Source: Escherichia phage vB_EcoS-12210I. Taken from it: DNA of 44,219 bases. Position 1 is the first letter of the stretch. Each line of letters begins with the position of its first letter. Under the pieces are notes generated by a model that had not been told where the DNA came from, ran no database searches, and worked only from the letters and a program-made list of their open reading frames with translations. Shown piece after piece: positions 1 to 9,024 of this stretch. The translations under genes and the position numbers were made by a program. Location of the stretch: sequence record NC_049813.1; one strand, given 5' to 3'.

Positions 1-127
1 TTTAATCTTTTCTTCAGGACTACTTTTTTCTGCAACTTTCTTTGGTGCTGCTGGGTTGAAGCCAGTTGCTGCATTTGCTTCAATCTCTGCCTTTCGCTCT
101 ATGATGTGGGGTTCGAAAACCTTCCAT
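1..127. repeat. Terminal overlap: bases 1-127 identical to 44093-44219 (circular closure or terminal redundancy)
   Basis: Direct comparison of the first and last 127 nt of the window. Confidence 0.9.
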
Positions 128-621
128 CCTGCCGCATCAAGTGACTGCTTAGCCTCCTTCCAGACATTGCGAAGCTCATCAAGAGTATTGCATTTCTCTA
201 GCTCTCGCTTAAAGTCCTTAACACCTTTCGCTGCGAGATTGCCATCATCATCTGCCTGACTAAGTCCTAATGCAGCTGTGATTCCGTAACGTCGAGCGTA
301 TGTTAATGCTGAGCCGTAGCCCTGTGCATCATTCTTACTGATTGGGACGATCATTAAGAAGCTAACCCACTCTCCAGATTCAGCATGAAACAGTTTTGTC
401 TCAACCTTCATGCGATTGGTTTGTTCATCATCAAGTACACTCTGGAACATAACAAGCCCACACTCATCTAAACCAGGCTCAACAGCCGCCAAAACGTCTT
501 CTAAGGTAGCGTACTTGTTCTTTAAGTGCGAGTTCTGCTTAGACTTTTCAGCCTTCGCAAATAGCGATTTGGCAGTGTGTAGCGCGTTTAAAATTGATTT
601 GCATGATTCTGAAATTTGCAT
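1..621 (-). CDS. ERF-like single-strand annealing protein, N-terminal 207 codons; ORF crosses the window junction and ends at 44063 (about 216 aa total)
   Basis: ATG at 621-619 with GAGG RBS; frame open to position 1 and continues 44092..44063 to TAA; sits between ssb and an exonuclease; family call from recollection only. Confidence 0.5.
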   Translation of the reverse strand, partial: MQISESCKSILNALHTAKSLFAKAEKSKQNSHLKNKYATLEDVLAAVEPGLDECGLVMFQSVLDDEQTNRMKVETKLFHAESGEWVSFLMIVPISKNDAQGYGSALTYARRYGITAALGLSQADDDGNLAAKGVKDFKRELEKCNTLDELRNVWKEAKQSLDAAGWKVFEPHIIERKAEIEANAATGFNPAAPKKVAEKSSPEEKIK

Positions 622-651
622 ATTTAACCTCGTTCGTAGTTGATGGGGGTA

Positions 652-697
652 ATCATACTCCACCTTTTAATTTTTTATTTAGCAATTCGTGCTATTT
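652..697 (-). promoter_or_regulatory. Promoter-like module copy a: 20-bp element 678-697, 20-bp spacer, TATGAT hexamer 652-657 (gene sense)
   Basis: Element AAATAGCACGAATTGCTAAA in gene sense; drives the ERF-like gene. Confidence 0.55.
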
Positions 698-1661
698 AAA
701 TTTCTTTATACTGCTTAATTGCCCAGTCAGGAATCATCAACTCTTGCTCTGTAATGCCATTAGAGTACCCAGGCCAGATATCCAGCTCCTTGCACTTCTT
801 GTAAGTGGCGAGCGCCTCAAGGTACTGAAGGCGACCAATTCGAAGTTGCTCGTCAGTTAGGGTGTACAGCATTGGTAAGTATGGCTCCACCTTCTCCTGA
901 GCCAACAACCCTACAACAACCTTTCGCTTCTCGTTAAATGCCTTCACAAACAGATCTCTCTGAAGCGCCATTTTTGCAAGGTAGCCGTGATTAAACGCCG
1001 ACTTACCAAATCCTTCCGGGCTTGCGTCTGCGGTAGTTTTATAATCTGTGATCCGAACTACACCATCAACAACATCAACGTGGTCTATTCGAATCTTAAC
1101 TCCGACACCGAGAATCTCACCAAAGATTGATAGCTCTTTCTGCGCCGTTTCGCTGTTCACGATTGCATTATATGCTGGAATATTGCAAAGAACCTCGCGC
1201 ATCGCTACCACTTTGTCGTAGTCTGCTGCGCTAACCAGCTCCTTACCCTCCACGAGCGCCTGAGCGCTTTCCAGCTGCTCAATTAGCCATTTAACGGGCC
1301 AGTCCTCACCAGATCGATACATCATCTCTACGAGCTCGCTATAACCCTTCCCGGAAGTGCCAGCCACGCCAACTTTTTTAAGTGCTGAAGCTAAACCTGC
1401 CTGGCTTGTAATTAAGCCTTCAATCGCGTCAAGGTCTGTAGCTCGAAGGTATTCTTTATCAAACATGTCACCTTCCAGGATGTACGTGTGACTAAGCGTT
1501 CCGAATTTAAGTGCCTTGCTATCGCTGTTACGCTGCTTGAATTTCCACTTTGCTGGTGATCCTTGGATAATCTCGACAAGTGAGCTACCGGAGATGTGTT
1601 CAGTCTCGGAGTGGTAAGACTCATTGCTTAGTTCCTCTCGTGTGTAAACTCTGAAAGTCAT
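696..1661 (-). CDS. Putative recombination exonuclease, PD-(D/E)xK family
   Basis: 321-aa ORF; motif VRITDYKTT (D-x-K) after acidic residues; AGAGG RBS; next to ERF-like and ssb genes. Confidence 0.5.
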   Translation of the reverse strand: MTFRVYTREELSNESYHSETEHISGSSLVEIIQGSPAKWKFKQRNSDSKALKFGTLSHTYILEGDMFDKEYLRATDLDAIEGLITSQAGLASALKKVGVAGTSGKGYSELVEMMYRSGEDWPVKWLIEQLESAQALVEGKELVSAADYDKVVAMREVLCNIPAYNAIVNSETAQKELSIFGEILGVGVKIRIDHVDVVDGVVRITDYKTTADASPEGFGKSAFNHGYLAKMALQRDLFVKAFNEKRKVVVGLLAQEKVEPYLPMLYTLTDEQLRIGRLQYLEALATYKKCKELDIWPGYSNGITEQELMIPDWAIKQYKEI

Positions 1662-1855
1662 TTTATCTTAACCTCTACGTTTCTAAGTGATACATCTACA
1701 GGGATTTCACTGCATCCCATAATAGCCTTTGATATACCAGAGCATGTTGTTGTTATGTTTATCTCTCTTCCAGTTTCAAATTTTATCCTTATTCTTACCT
1801 CTGGATCTGATTCGTCGTTGTATGGTGACTTATTTATGTCTATAAAAGCCTTCAT
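1658..1855 (-). CDS. Hypothetical protein, 65 aa
   Basis: ORF with 4-nt overlap to downstream gene. Confidence 0.4.
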   Translation of the reverse strand: MKAFIDINKSPYNDESDPEVRIRIKFETGREINITTTCSGISKAIMGCSEIPVDVSLRNVEVKIK

Positions 1856-1859
1856 ATTT

Positions 1860-2189
1860 TTACTCCTTAACCTTAACTACTTTAACAGACTTCAAATCTT
1901 CTTCAGTGAAGTATCCGTTCAGTACATCCCTAGCTTCCTCTTTAGTCTCGAATCTGTCAGCCTCGCTCTTATTCGTGGTGTATCCAGCTGGGCCACCAAA
2001 ATAGCAGTCGCCGAACAGTGCGTTGTTTTTCTCTTTGATAATGTAGTAGGTCATTTCTGCATCTCTCTGGTTGTTTGCTTTCGATGAGTTAACTATATAT
2101 TCGGCACTGTAGCCAGTCCAATTGGTTTCACCAATCGTTGATTTAAACTTACGCGTGAATCCTTTGTAATCCCGTGTAGGTATTACCAC
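1860..2189 (-). CDS. Hypothetical protein, 109 aa (possibly shorter, starting at internal MTYYIIKEK)
   Basis: ORF; internal promoter-leader-like sequence TATAGTTAACTCATCGAAAG at about 2078-2097 precedes an internal ATG. Confidence 0.4.
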   Translation of the reverse strand: MVIPTRDYKGFTRKFKSTIGETNWTGYSAEYIVNSSKANNQRDAEMTYYIIKEKNNALFGDCYFGGPAGYTTNKSEADRFETKEEARDVLNGYFTEEDLKSVKVVKVKE

Positions 2190-2360
2190 TAGTTACGTTT
2201 CTTGGCATCTCAGCCCAGCCATAGCTCAATGTAACCATCGTGTATATCGTGTATATCATTTATTGCTAATGGTGCATTGGTATAGCTGTCGCGCAATACT
2301 GTATAAATCCACATGATATTAAAATTATAACCGGAACACTCTATAGAAGTAGTTACATGA

Positions 2361-2427
2361 TATACACAGTAATATATATAATAATAATAATAAGAGTAAA
2401 AGGTTGATATATATAGATATTTTAATG
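2361..2427. repeat. AT-rich repeat copy A with (ATA)4 tract; about 90 percent identical to 29409-29483
   Basis: Shared TATACACAGTA..(ATA)n..GTAAAAGGTTGATATATATAGATATT. Confidence 0.8.
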
Positions 2428-2501
2428 TAACTAATGCGTAAATTGGCGTAACAGCGCGTATATCATTTTTCGCGGATGAGATTGCATACATCGAGTTACA
2501 T

Positions 2502-2517
2502 CGGTTACGTGTAACCG
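2502..2517. promoter_or_regulatory. Perfect inverted repeat CGGTTAC-GT-GTAACCG
   Basis: 7-bp arms, 2-bp spacer, in the control region upstream of the 2752 regulator gene. Confidence 0.4.
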
Positions 2518-2540
2518 TGATTTGTGGTGAAATTGGCGAT

Positions 2541-2560
2541 AAATAGCACTAATTGCTAAA
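2541..2560 (+). promoter_or_regulatory. Promoter-like element copy b
   Basis: AAATAGCACTAATTGCTAAA followed 20 bp later by TATTAA. Confidence 0.5.
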
Positions 2561-2637
2561 GACATTCTGATAATTTCATTTATTAACTCAGGGAGCGAGG
2601 TTTTTACTTTACTTTTTGGATGGCAATTTTGTTTAAG

Positions 2638-2703
2638 TGACTACAATTAAATGTAGTCATTTTAAGTGACTGCAATAAAATGTAGTCAGCAATATTGACT
2701 ACA
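2638..2703 (+). promoter_or_regulatory. Operator-like array: two 22-bp palindromes (TGACTACA-N6-TGTAGTCA at 2638-2659; TGACTGCA-N6-TGTAGTCA at 2667-2688) plus half-site 2696-2703
   Basis: Tandem 29-bp units each holding an inverted repeat, directly upstream of the RBS of the 2752 HTH gene. Confidence 0.6.
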
Positions 2704-2751
2704 TATGAGTTAACGAGTATATTCATCGCATACATAACGGGAGGATGAAAG

Positions 2752-3081
2752 ATGAGAATGACAAGCACAAGAAAAAAGGTAATTGATTGCATACTACACT
2801 GCACTGAAGGATGCGATAGGTACAGCCCTACCGCGGATGATGTATCTAGATTGACAGGAATCCAAAGGGCTAACGCAAGGAGGACCTTGCTTGAACTTGA
2901 ATCTTATGGGGTTGTTGAAAGGGTTGAAGTTGCCTCTTACTACTCAGTCTCAAGGCGTATTGACATAAAAAGAAAATGTACAGGATGGAATGTTACAGGC
3001 AAAAAACCAGAGCCAATAGAGAGATTGAAGCTGTCTCAGGATGATGCTGATAAATTGATTAATAAAATTTTTGGCGGTTAA
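2752..3081 (+). CDS. Putative winged-helix DNA-binding regulator, 109 aa
   Basis: GGAGGA RBS; HTH-like segment SPTADDVSRLTGIQRANARRTLLELESYGVV. Confidence 0.5.
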   Translation: MRMTSTRKKVIDCILHCTEGCDRYSPTADDVSRLTGIQRANARRTLLELESYGVVERVEVASYYSVSRRIDIKRKCTGWNVTGKKPEPIERLKLSQDDADKLINKIFGG

Positions 3082-3730
3082 AATGAATATCAAGCCATTT
3101 AAAGATACCAACGTTGCCATGATGAGCACCAAAGAGATCGCGGGGTTAACTGGTAAAGAACATAATAAGGTAATTCGTGATGCCAAGGAAATGATCAATG
3201 ATTTGATACATTATAACAACTCCTCATACTTAAGGAGTGAGGATTATCAAGTACTTACAGATAATTTAGGCTATACATCAGAGATTTTACTTAACAAGGA
3301 ACTTACAGAAACGCTAATAACTGGCTACAGCGTCATTCTTCGTCACAGAGTTATCCGTCGACTTCATGAGCTTGAGGCGTTAGTTAAAAAACAAGCAGAA
3401 GTAATCAGCCAGATGGTAAGCATTAATGAACTTAAAGAGGTTCGAATGATGCTTGGTGTGGCTAATGCGCAGAATGCACACCTGAGCCAGCGCATTGTTG
3501 CAGAGCAAAGAATAAATGAGATCTTACTCATGGATAAGAGTACCGATGAAAAACTAGACATGCTGGCTTGTGAGGCTCGCCAGTGTTGGGCTAGTCGTTC
3601 TGATGAGATGGAGGAAAGATTTAAGTATGAAGCCCAATGCTTCGCCCTTAAAGAAAAGAATGATGCGCTGACTGGATTGATTGAGAATAATCTCGGAATT
3701 GACATTAAGCTGCTGCTGGAAAAGAAATAG
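3071..3730 (+). CDS. Rha-family phage regulatory protein (putative)
   Basis: N-terminal MSTKEIAGLTGKEHNKVIRDAKEM resembles the Rha/pRha motif; coiled-coil-like C-terminus. Confidence 0.5.
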   Translation: MAVKMNIKPFKDTNVAMMSTKEIAGLTGKEHNKVIRDAKEMINDLIHYNNSSYLRSEDYQVLTDNLGYTSEILLNKELTETLITGYSVILRHRVIRRLHELEALVKKQAEVISQMVSINELKEVRMMLGVANAQNAHLSQRIVAEQRINEILLMDKSTDEKLDMLACEARQCWASRSDEMEERFKYEAQCFALKEKNDALTGLIENNLGIDIKLLLEKK

Positions 3731-3786
3731 CACTAATTGCTAAACACTGATCGCAAGGATGCGATACTATTACTCCATCGAAACGA
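3725..3786 (+). promoter_or_regulatory. Promoter-like module copy c: element 3725-3744, TACTAT 3765-3770, start region CATCGAAACGA 3776-3786
   Basis: Full module geometry; overlaps the stop of the Rha-like gene. Confidence 0.6.
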
Positions 3787-3805
3787 AATTACCAAGGAAT
3801 ACAAA

Positions 3806-4036
3806 ATGAATAACTTCATCAAATCAGCAATCATCGCAGCAGCAGTAATCATGGCAGTTGGTTGTTCTTCTGGTCCTCGTCCTGATGGTTGGTGTGCAAC
3901 GTCCTCAAACGGCGTGTGCGTAGCTAAATGGAAAGGTGGCGTAGTTGTTCCGGCTGGTGAAATTGACATTCGCTACGATGGAATTAAAGGCTCCAGTGGC
4001 TCCGTTCGTGATTATGGCTCTAAGGAGTGGAATTAA
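3806..4036 (+). CDS. cor: Cor-like lipoprotein (putative receptor-blocking superinfection exclusion), 76 aa
   Basis: Signal peptide with lipobox (IMAVGC); small size; near tail genes as in T1/phi80/N15; ATG at 3806. Confidence 0.55.
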   Translation: MNNFIKSAIIAAAVIMAVGCSSGPRPDGWCATSSNGVCVAKWKGGVVVPAGEIDIRYDGIKGSSGSVRDYGSKEWN

Positions 4037-4971
4037 TGACTCAAGGTATATACATAGATCTTAATGATGGAAGGAATCCAATGACAATTACCGCAGGCAT
4101 GCGAGCCTTGAACTTTGCTGGAAACTTCAACGTTTCTAGTGGTGGATTTAGTAAGACGTTCTCAATCCAGGGAAATGAAGGGGCATCAAGGTTCCTTATC
4201 CCTAACAATGGAGCTTACTCATTCGAACTTGATAGAGGTGTTGAGATTTACTACATAAATGGATTCTCATCAACTGCATCAAGAGGAACGATATCGATTG
4301 GCTATGAGAATGGATATTCCGACCGTATAACTCAATTTTCTGGTACTGTTGTTGAGGTACTAAGAGCATCTACAGGCCAGGGTATTTACGTTTCTGACAG
4401 TACTGACTTTACTTCTATAACCACCACTGACAGGCTATTAGTATGCAAGTTTGCTCAGAGAATATCTTTCACCAACACATACACACTGCCAATTTATGGT
4501 ATACCGTTTGGAAAGTGGAACAACTCCGGCGTATCAGTTGAATACAATGGTAGTAACCAGCTGGTATGCACAAACATAAATACGGAAGATACTGGTGACA
4601 CTCCAGGAAGTGTAACTATGGACCTTCTTATATTTCAGATGGTAGCACCAACGCCAGGTCCTGGATTAAACATATTTAATTCAAATGGTGTTTGTACGCT
4701 GTCGACCGTAACTAGGCCATTGGTTGTTTCTGGATTCATAAACCTATCAGGTAGCAATCAGTACATTGGCGAATCTTACTTCCCAATACTCAGATGTGGG
4801 TTTAACACAAGGGCAATACGAGCATATAAGGAGTTGAGAAACAAAGGAATCGTAATGAGCAATGGGTATGTTAGATCTGGCACCGGCTCAAGGATTGTCA
4901 GATACGAGATAGGAAATAGGCCTGACGTAACAATATCAATGCCACTTCCTTACCTTCCTGATATGTATTAA
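4036..4971 (+). CDS. Hypothetical G/S/T/N/Y-rich protein, 311 aa, coupled to the Cor-like gene
   Basis: ATG 4036 overlaps Cor stop (TAATG); AAGGAG RBS; no recognisable catalytic motif. Confidence 0.5.
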   Translation: MTQGIYIDLNDGRNPMTITAGMRALNFAGNFNVSSGGFSKTFSIQGNEGASRFLIPNNGAYSFELDRGVEIYYINGFSSTASRGTISIGYENGYSDRITQFSGTVVEVLRASTGQGIYVSDSTDFTSITTTDRLLVCKFAQRISFTNTYTLPIYGIPFGKWNNSGVSVEYNGSNQLVCTNINTEDTGDTPGSVTMDLLIFQMVAPTPGPGLNIFNSNGVCTLSTVTRPLVVSGFINLSGSNQYIGESYFPILRCGFNTRAIRAYKELRNKGIVMSNGYVRSGTGSRIVRYEIGNRPDVTISMPLPYLPDMY

Positions 4972-4975
4972 ATAT

Positions 4976-4999
4976 AAAGCCCCTTTCGGGGCTTTTGTT
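4976..4999. terminator. Bidirectional rho-independent terminator
   Basis: Hairpin AGCCCC-TTTC-GGGGCT with flanking T/A runs between convergent genes. Confidence 0.7.
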
Positions 5000-7900
5000 T
5001 TAGAACGTACCTACCACAACTCTTCCCCCTCCAGGTAAGTTAACCGTGATTCCGTTTCCGTTAATCTGTACCGTATTATTTATTCCGTTGAATGCGAACT
5101 CACCACTGTTGGCGTACAGTTTACCGCGAATCTCAGCGTTACCAGACTTATCAATCCTCCAGCCTGTGCTTCCTGCTACGTAGTTGCTGGACTGAATAAA
5201 GTCACCAATCTTCGCGTTAGTAATTGAGCCATCGCCAATTACCGCACTTTGGATGATTACGTTTCCGTTCTCTACAACGAAGGGGAGTTGCCACTGACCG
5301 GAACCAGAACCAATGCCGTTACTGATTGCGAATCTGTTTGCGTCAAAAATGAATTGACTACGAACATTACCACCAGTGCCAACAAGCTCCATACTCATGC
5401 CGGATGAATAAGTCTGCCCATTGTATTTCAGGCCAAGGCTAATTCCGTACTGCACTCCAGTTGATGTGGCATTAGAGAATGCGTCTAATTTCTGGTTTAG
5501 AGCCGCCTCGTTTTCACCGAGCCTTGCTGATAGAGCCGTGTCTGCTGTAGTCCTTGCTTCTGTCTCTGTGGCTAATGCAGTCTGAACTTCAGTAATCGAC
5601 GCTACAACTTCATCATCTATCTGCGCCTTAAGCTGTGTGAGAGCCTCTACGCGCGCCTGAGTTTCATCGGCTATGAGATTAACAGCCTGAACATATTCAG
5701 CCTTACGTTTGCCGTTCTCCTTAGTCATACGACGAACATCAGTGTCATTAGCCAATGCGTTCTGAAGGATTGATTCTGCCTGGTTCTGAATGTCCTGATT
5801 CTTTTGAATCGCATTCTGCTCGAGGTATTTGAATCCTTCCGAGCCCTCAATATCAACCTTGATGTAATCATTGATAATATTGGCGTCGTCAGTACTCATG
5901 CCTCTTGCGAAATTAGACCAATCAGATGTGTTACCGATTCTGTCAATCAATCTTGCGCGATACCAGATAACCTTTCCTGGCTGAATTGGTGTGTGCCAGT
6001 ATTCATAGGCTGGATAAGGCAGTAAAGTCAGCAAACTTGCGTTATCAGGATTATAAGTACCGTCACCATTATCAGGAACCTGCTGAAGTTCAGTGTAAGC
6101 AGTATCACCAGATCCTTCAGGAAATCCCCATTTAACACGGATGCCAAATACTTCATCAGTTGATGCAGTGATAACTGTAGGCGCAGACGGGCGGCCAATC
6201 TTACCAGTTAGCGATACAGTTACAATGTCAGACCAGGCAGACACGTTTTCAGTATCTGATACGCTGCGAACCCTAACGTCATAGATTCCTGCGTAAATAC
6301 CTTCGATATCAACCTCTGCGCTAGCTGTTCTGGGTACGTTAATCCAGTTGCCATTCTCTTTTCTCCACTGAACATTGTAGGTTTTAGCATATGGAGCCTT
6401 GTCCCAGCCAATTACCATCGTCTCGACTGACAAGCCCTGAACAACCTTACTGTAGCTTGACACTGTTAAATTCTCAGGCGGCGACAATCTGTCAGGCTCT
6501 ACGATTGAAGTCGGACGATCAACGATGTTAACGCCGTAGTCAATCTCGTCATACTTGTTCGGGTCATACTCTACTGCGGTAATCGTGTACTGGAATGAAT
6601 CCGAACCATCAGAATCCGCTTTTTGAATCCCGGTCACAACATACTGCTGAAGCGCCAGATTATCCTTATCGATTGCGAATACAGTGTCAGGCTGAGCTAC
6701 AAAGCTGAAAGCCGTGTTCAGGTTAATCGTCATACCATCCTCAGATACGCTTGCAATAGTTCTTGCCTCCGGGCTTCCGTCGGGTTTGTTCAGAAGAATT
6801 CTGTCACCTGGAGCTGCGTCAACTTTAAACGGGGTAAAAACCTGCAATCCCTGAACTGACTCAATGCGACCGGAAAGGTTTAACTGATAGTTGCTCGACC
6901 ATGCTGCGTCATTAACCGCAATAACCTCTCCAATCATCGGAATCATGCCTTCCAACCCGGTAGTGAAGCTAATAGTTTCGCTTCTCAGATTGGTTTTAAG
7001 GAGCCACCTACCACGTCTGTTTGCTTCACTTCTGCGAGTACAGCCAATCGCAGTTAAATCTACAGGGTTAAATCCAAAACGACGAGTTGCCTCTAATTCA
7101 AATACCGGCTCTACATCTTGTTGATAGTTGTTCTCTACATCATCAAACTGGACGTTAGCAGTAGTGTAAAGGCTCTTATCGCTGGCAAATGTGCGACTGA
7201 ACAATCCATTAACAACGTTATCATTCGTGAAGATGTAAGATGGATTACGAGGCTTATCAACCACGACGCCAATCTTTTCACCGTCATAGAAGGTTAGGCC
7301 ACGGAAGATTGAACAGATATCACGAATTAGCGTGTAAGCCTCAGCTTTATTCTGGACAACCATATCGCAAAGATAACGAGGCTCTAAACCACCCTTACCA
7401 TCAGGAACCATCTGGTCGCAGAATTGCGCGGCTTCGTACAGCCCCCATTTATCAATCTCTACACCTAGCTCTCGCTGGTCAAGACCATATCGGCGGTTTG
7501 TCACCAAGTCATAAAGAACCCACGCTGGGTTATTTGACCATGCCATCTTGAACAAACCGTTCCATGTCCCGCTGTAAGTTCTGGTTTCAGGGTCGTAGTT
7601 AGTTGGGACCTGAATCAGCTTCCACCTCTTCTTGATTGAGATTGTTGGAATCCCGTTAGGGAAAAGGTCAGAGCCGAACTCAACATAAACCAGGGCCGTA
7701 AGCGGATATCGGAATTTAGCGTCGATTACCTCCTGATAGGTTGTGATCTGCATTCCGTTAACCAGGGTGCTACTTGTTGAGTCTGGTGTGATCTTACGGA
7801 TGCGAACCAATGCGCTATCAAATTCAGCAGGAAGATTTACACGAATGCTGCGGTCGTAACCAGTTGTTGTCTTCCCGTTAGCAACTCCTCGAGTGTATTC

Positions 7901-8410
7901 CTGGTAAGCTCCACCATTAACAGAAAGGTCAATTGCATACTCGCAGGTTGTCCCGTTCAGGTCACCGTTACTCTCTTGCTTAACCAGTCTGGGCCAATAT
8001 AGCTTTACACGAATCGCTGATAGCTGATTATTGTTAACCGCAATGATGTGCGGGGTATCGTTTTTGATTTCCCTTGATACCTGAATTTCTGAGTTGGCAC
8101 CATCAAGGCCAGCGATATAGTCCTGATACTGCGTGCCAGCACGGAACTCAGCGCGAACACCTTCATAGTTGTAACTACCATCCTGATTTTGTACCGGAAC
8201 GTCAGCAAGGTATAAATCCTTCATTGAGAAGTTTGAATCCACCTCTCCGTCAGCAACCGCAAGCAACACCTTAACCTTGTTTAATGAAATAAGGTTGTCT
8301 TCCTGCTCAACTGGTTGATGCTGCTTCTGGCTACCACCTTTAGCACCATAAATCTTAATATCTTCAGCCATATCACAAAGCCTCATGTTTGTTTTGATCA
8401 TTTGTGCCAT
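5000..8410 (-). CDS. Central tail fibre / host specificity protein (lambda J-like), 1136 aa
   Basis: Size and position after I/K/L/M-like genes. Confidence 0.75.
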   Translation of the reverse strand: MAQMIKTNMRLCDMAEDIKIYGAKGGSQKQHQPVEQEDNLISLNKVKVLLAVADGEVDSNFSMKDLYLADVPVQNQDGSYNYEGVRAEFRAGTQYQDYIAGLDGANSEIQVSREIKNDTPHIIAVNNNQLSAIRVKLYWPRLVKQESNGDLNGTTCEYAIDLSVNGGAYQEYTRGVANGKTTTGYDRSIRVNLPAEFDSALVRIRKITPDSTSSTLVNGMQITTYQEVIDAKFRYPLTALVYVEFGSDLFPNGIPTISIKKRWKLIQVPTNYDPETRTYSGTWNGLFKMAWSNNPAWVLYDLVTNRRYGLDQRELGVEIDKWGLYEAAQFCDQMVPDGKGGLEPRYLCDMVVQNKAEAYTLIRDICSIFRGLTFYDGEKIGVVVDKPRNPSYIFTNDNVVNGLFSRTFASDKSLYTTANVQFDDVENNYQQDVEPVFELEATRRFGFNPVDLTAIGCTRRSEANRRGRWLLKTNLRSETISFTTGLEGMIPMIGEVIAVNDAAWSSNYQLNLSGRIESVQGLQVFTPFKVDAAPGDRILLNKPDGSPEARTIASVSEDGMTINLNTAFSFVAQPDTVFAIDKDNLALQQYVVTGIQKADSDGSDSFQYTITAVEYDPNKYDEIDYGVNIVDRPTSIVEPDRLSPPENLTVSSYSKVVQGLSVETMVIGWDKAPYAKTYNVQWRKENGNWINVPRTASAEVDIEGIYAGIYDVRVRSVSDTENVSAWSDIVTVSLTGKIGRPSAPTVITASTDEVFGIRVKWGFPEGSGDTAYTELQQVPDNGDGTYNPDNASLLTLLPYPAYEYWHTPIQPGKVIWYRARLIDRIGNTSDWSNFARGMSTDDANIINDYIKVDIEGSEGFKYLEQNAIQKNQDIQNQAESILQNALANDTDVRRMTKENGKRKAEYVQAVNLIADETQARVEALTQLKAQIDDEVVASITEVQTALATETEARTTADTALSARLGENEAALNQKLDAFSNATSTGVQYGISLGLKYNGQTYSSGMSMELVGTGGNVRSQFIFDANRFAISNGIGSGSGQWQLPFVVENGNVIIQSAVIGDGSITNAKIGDFIQSSNYVAGSTGWRIDKSGNAEIRGKLYANSGEFAFNGINNTVQINGNGITVNLPGGGRVVVGTF

Positions 8411-8422
8411 TCTACACTAAAT

Positions 8423-8443
8423 AAAAAACCCGCACTAGGCGGG
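8423..8443 (-). terminator. Intercistronic hairpin with U-run (I-J junction)
   Basis: CCCGC-ACTAG-GCGGG followed by T6 on the minus strand. Confidence 0.5.
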
Positions 8444-8451
8444 TATGATGT

Positions 8452-9024
8452 TTAAGCAATGTCTTCGGAATAACTGCCAGCACTAAATACCGAACCGCCA
8501 ACCGTTCGATAACCATAAGGTAGGCAAACAGGATAACCAGCGGCTACAGTGTTTACAGCTGAGCCAAATGCGTAAGAGGCGCGGTTGCTTGTTTGGTTGT
8601 CCTGCGTCTTTAATCCAGTTGCTTGAGGTGAAAGTAGCTGGGCAATACCGCCAGCAGCCAGAGAAACACCAGCGCCAACAAGATAAATCTGCCCGGTAAA
8701 GATGCCAACCGTGATAAGAGCGGCGCCTAAAATAGTCTGAAAAAGCCCGCCAGACTTACGGCCTTGAGGGATTGGTAAGATGCGTATCTCCTGAACGGCA
8801 CTAAAATCAGCTATTCGATGCTCGTTCACATTTTTACCATCCACAAAAATAGCATATCTGGTGTTTTGACCTACATGGCTATTCATGAACTCCTTGAACG
8901 CAGGGATCTGTGAGCAAAGTGCCCGCATAGCTTCAGGCACGCTACTCACCGCCATCTGGTGAATCTTTCCAAACCTGCGGCCTAGTGACAGGCCCAACTT
9001 AATGTCAATCAGCTTCTGAGTCAT
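8452..9024 (-). CDS. Tail assembly protein I-like
   Basis: 190 aa with hydrophobic Gly/Ala-rich C-half; synteny K-I-J. Confidence 0.65.
   Translation of the reverse strand: MTQKLIDIKLGLSLGRRFGKIHQMAVSSVPEAMRALCSQIPAFKEFMNSHVGQNTRYAIFVDGKNVNEHRIADFSAVQEIRILPIPQGRKSGGLFQTILGAALITVGIFTGQIYLVGAGVSLAAGGIAQLLSPQATGLKTQDNQTSNRASYAFGSAVNTVAAGYPVCLPYGYRTVGGSVFSAGSYSEDIA

Noticed and set aside
410-643. Plus-strand 77-aa ORF
   Set aside because: Antisense to the ERF-like gene, which has a clear RBS and junction-spanning frame.
2638-2703. Possible CRISPR array
   Set aside because: Only 2.5 units, units are themselves palindromic with no distinct spacers, and they sit at a promoter. Operator or iteron sites are far more likely.
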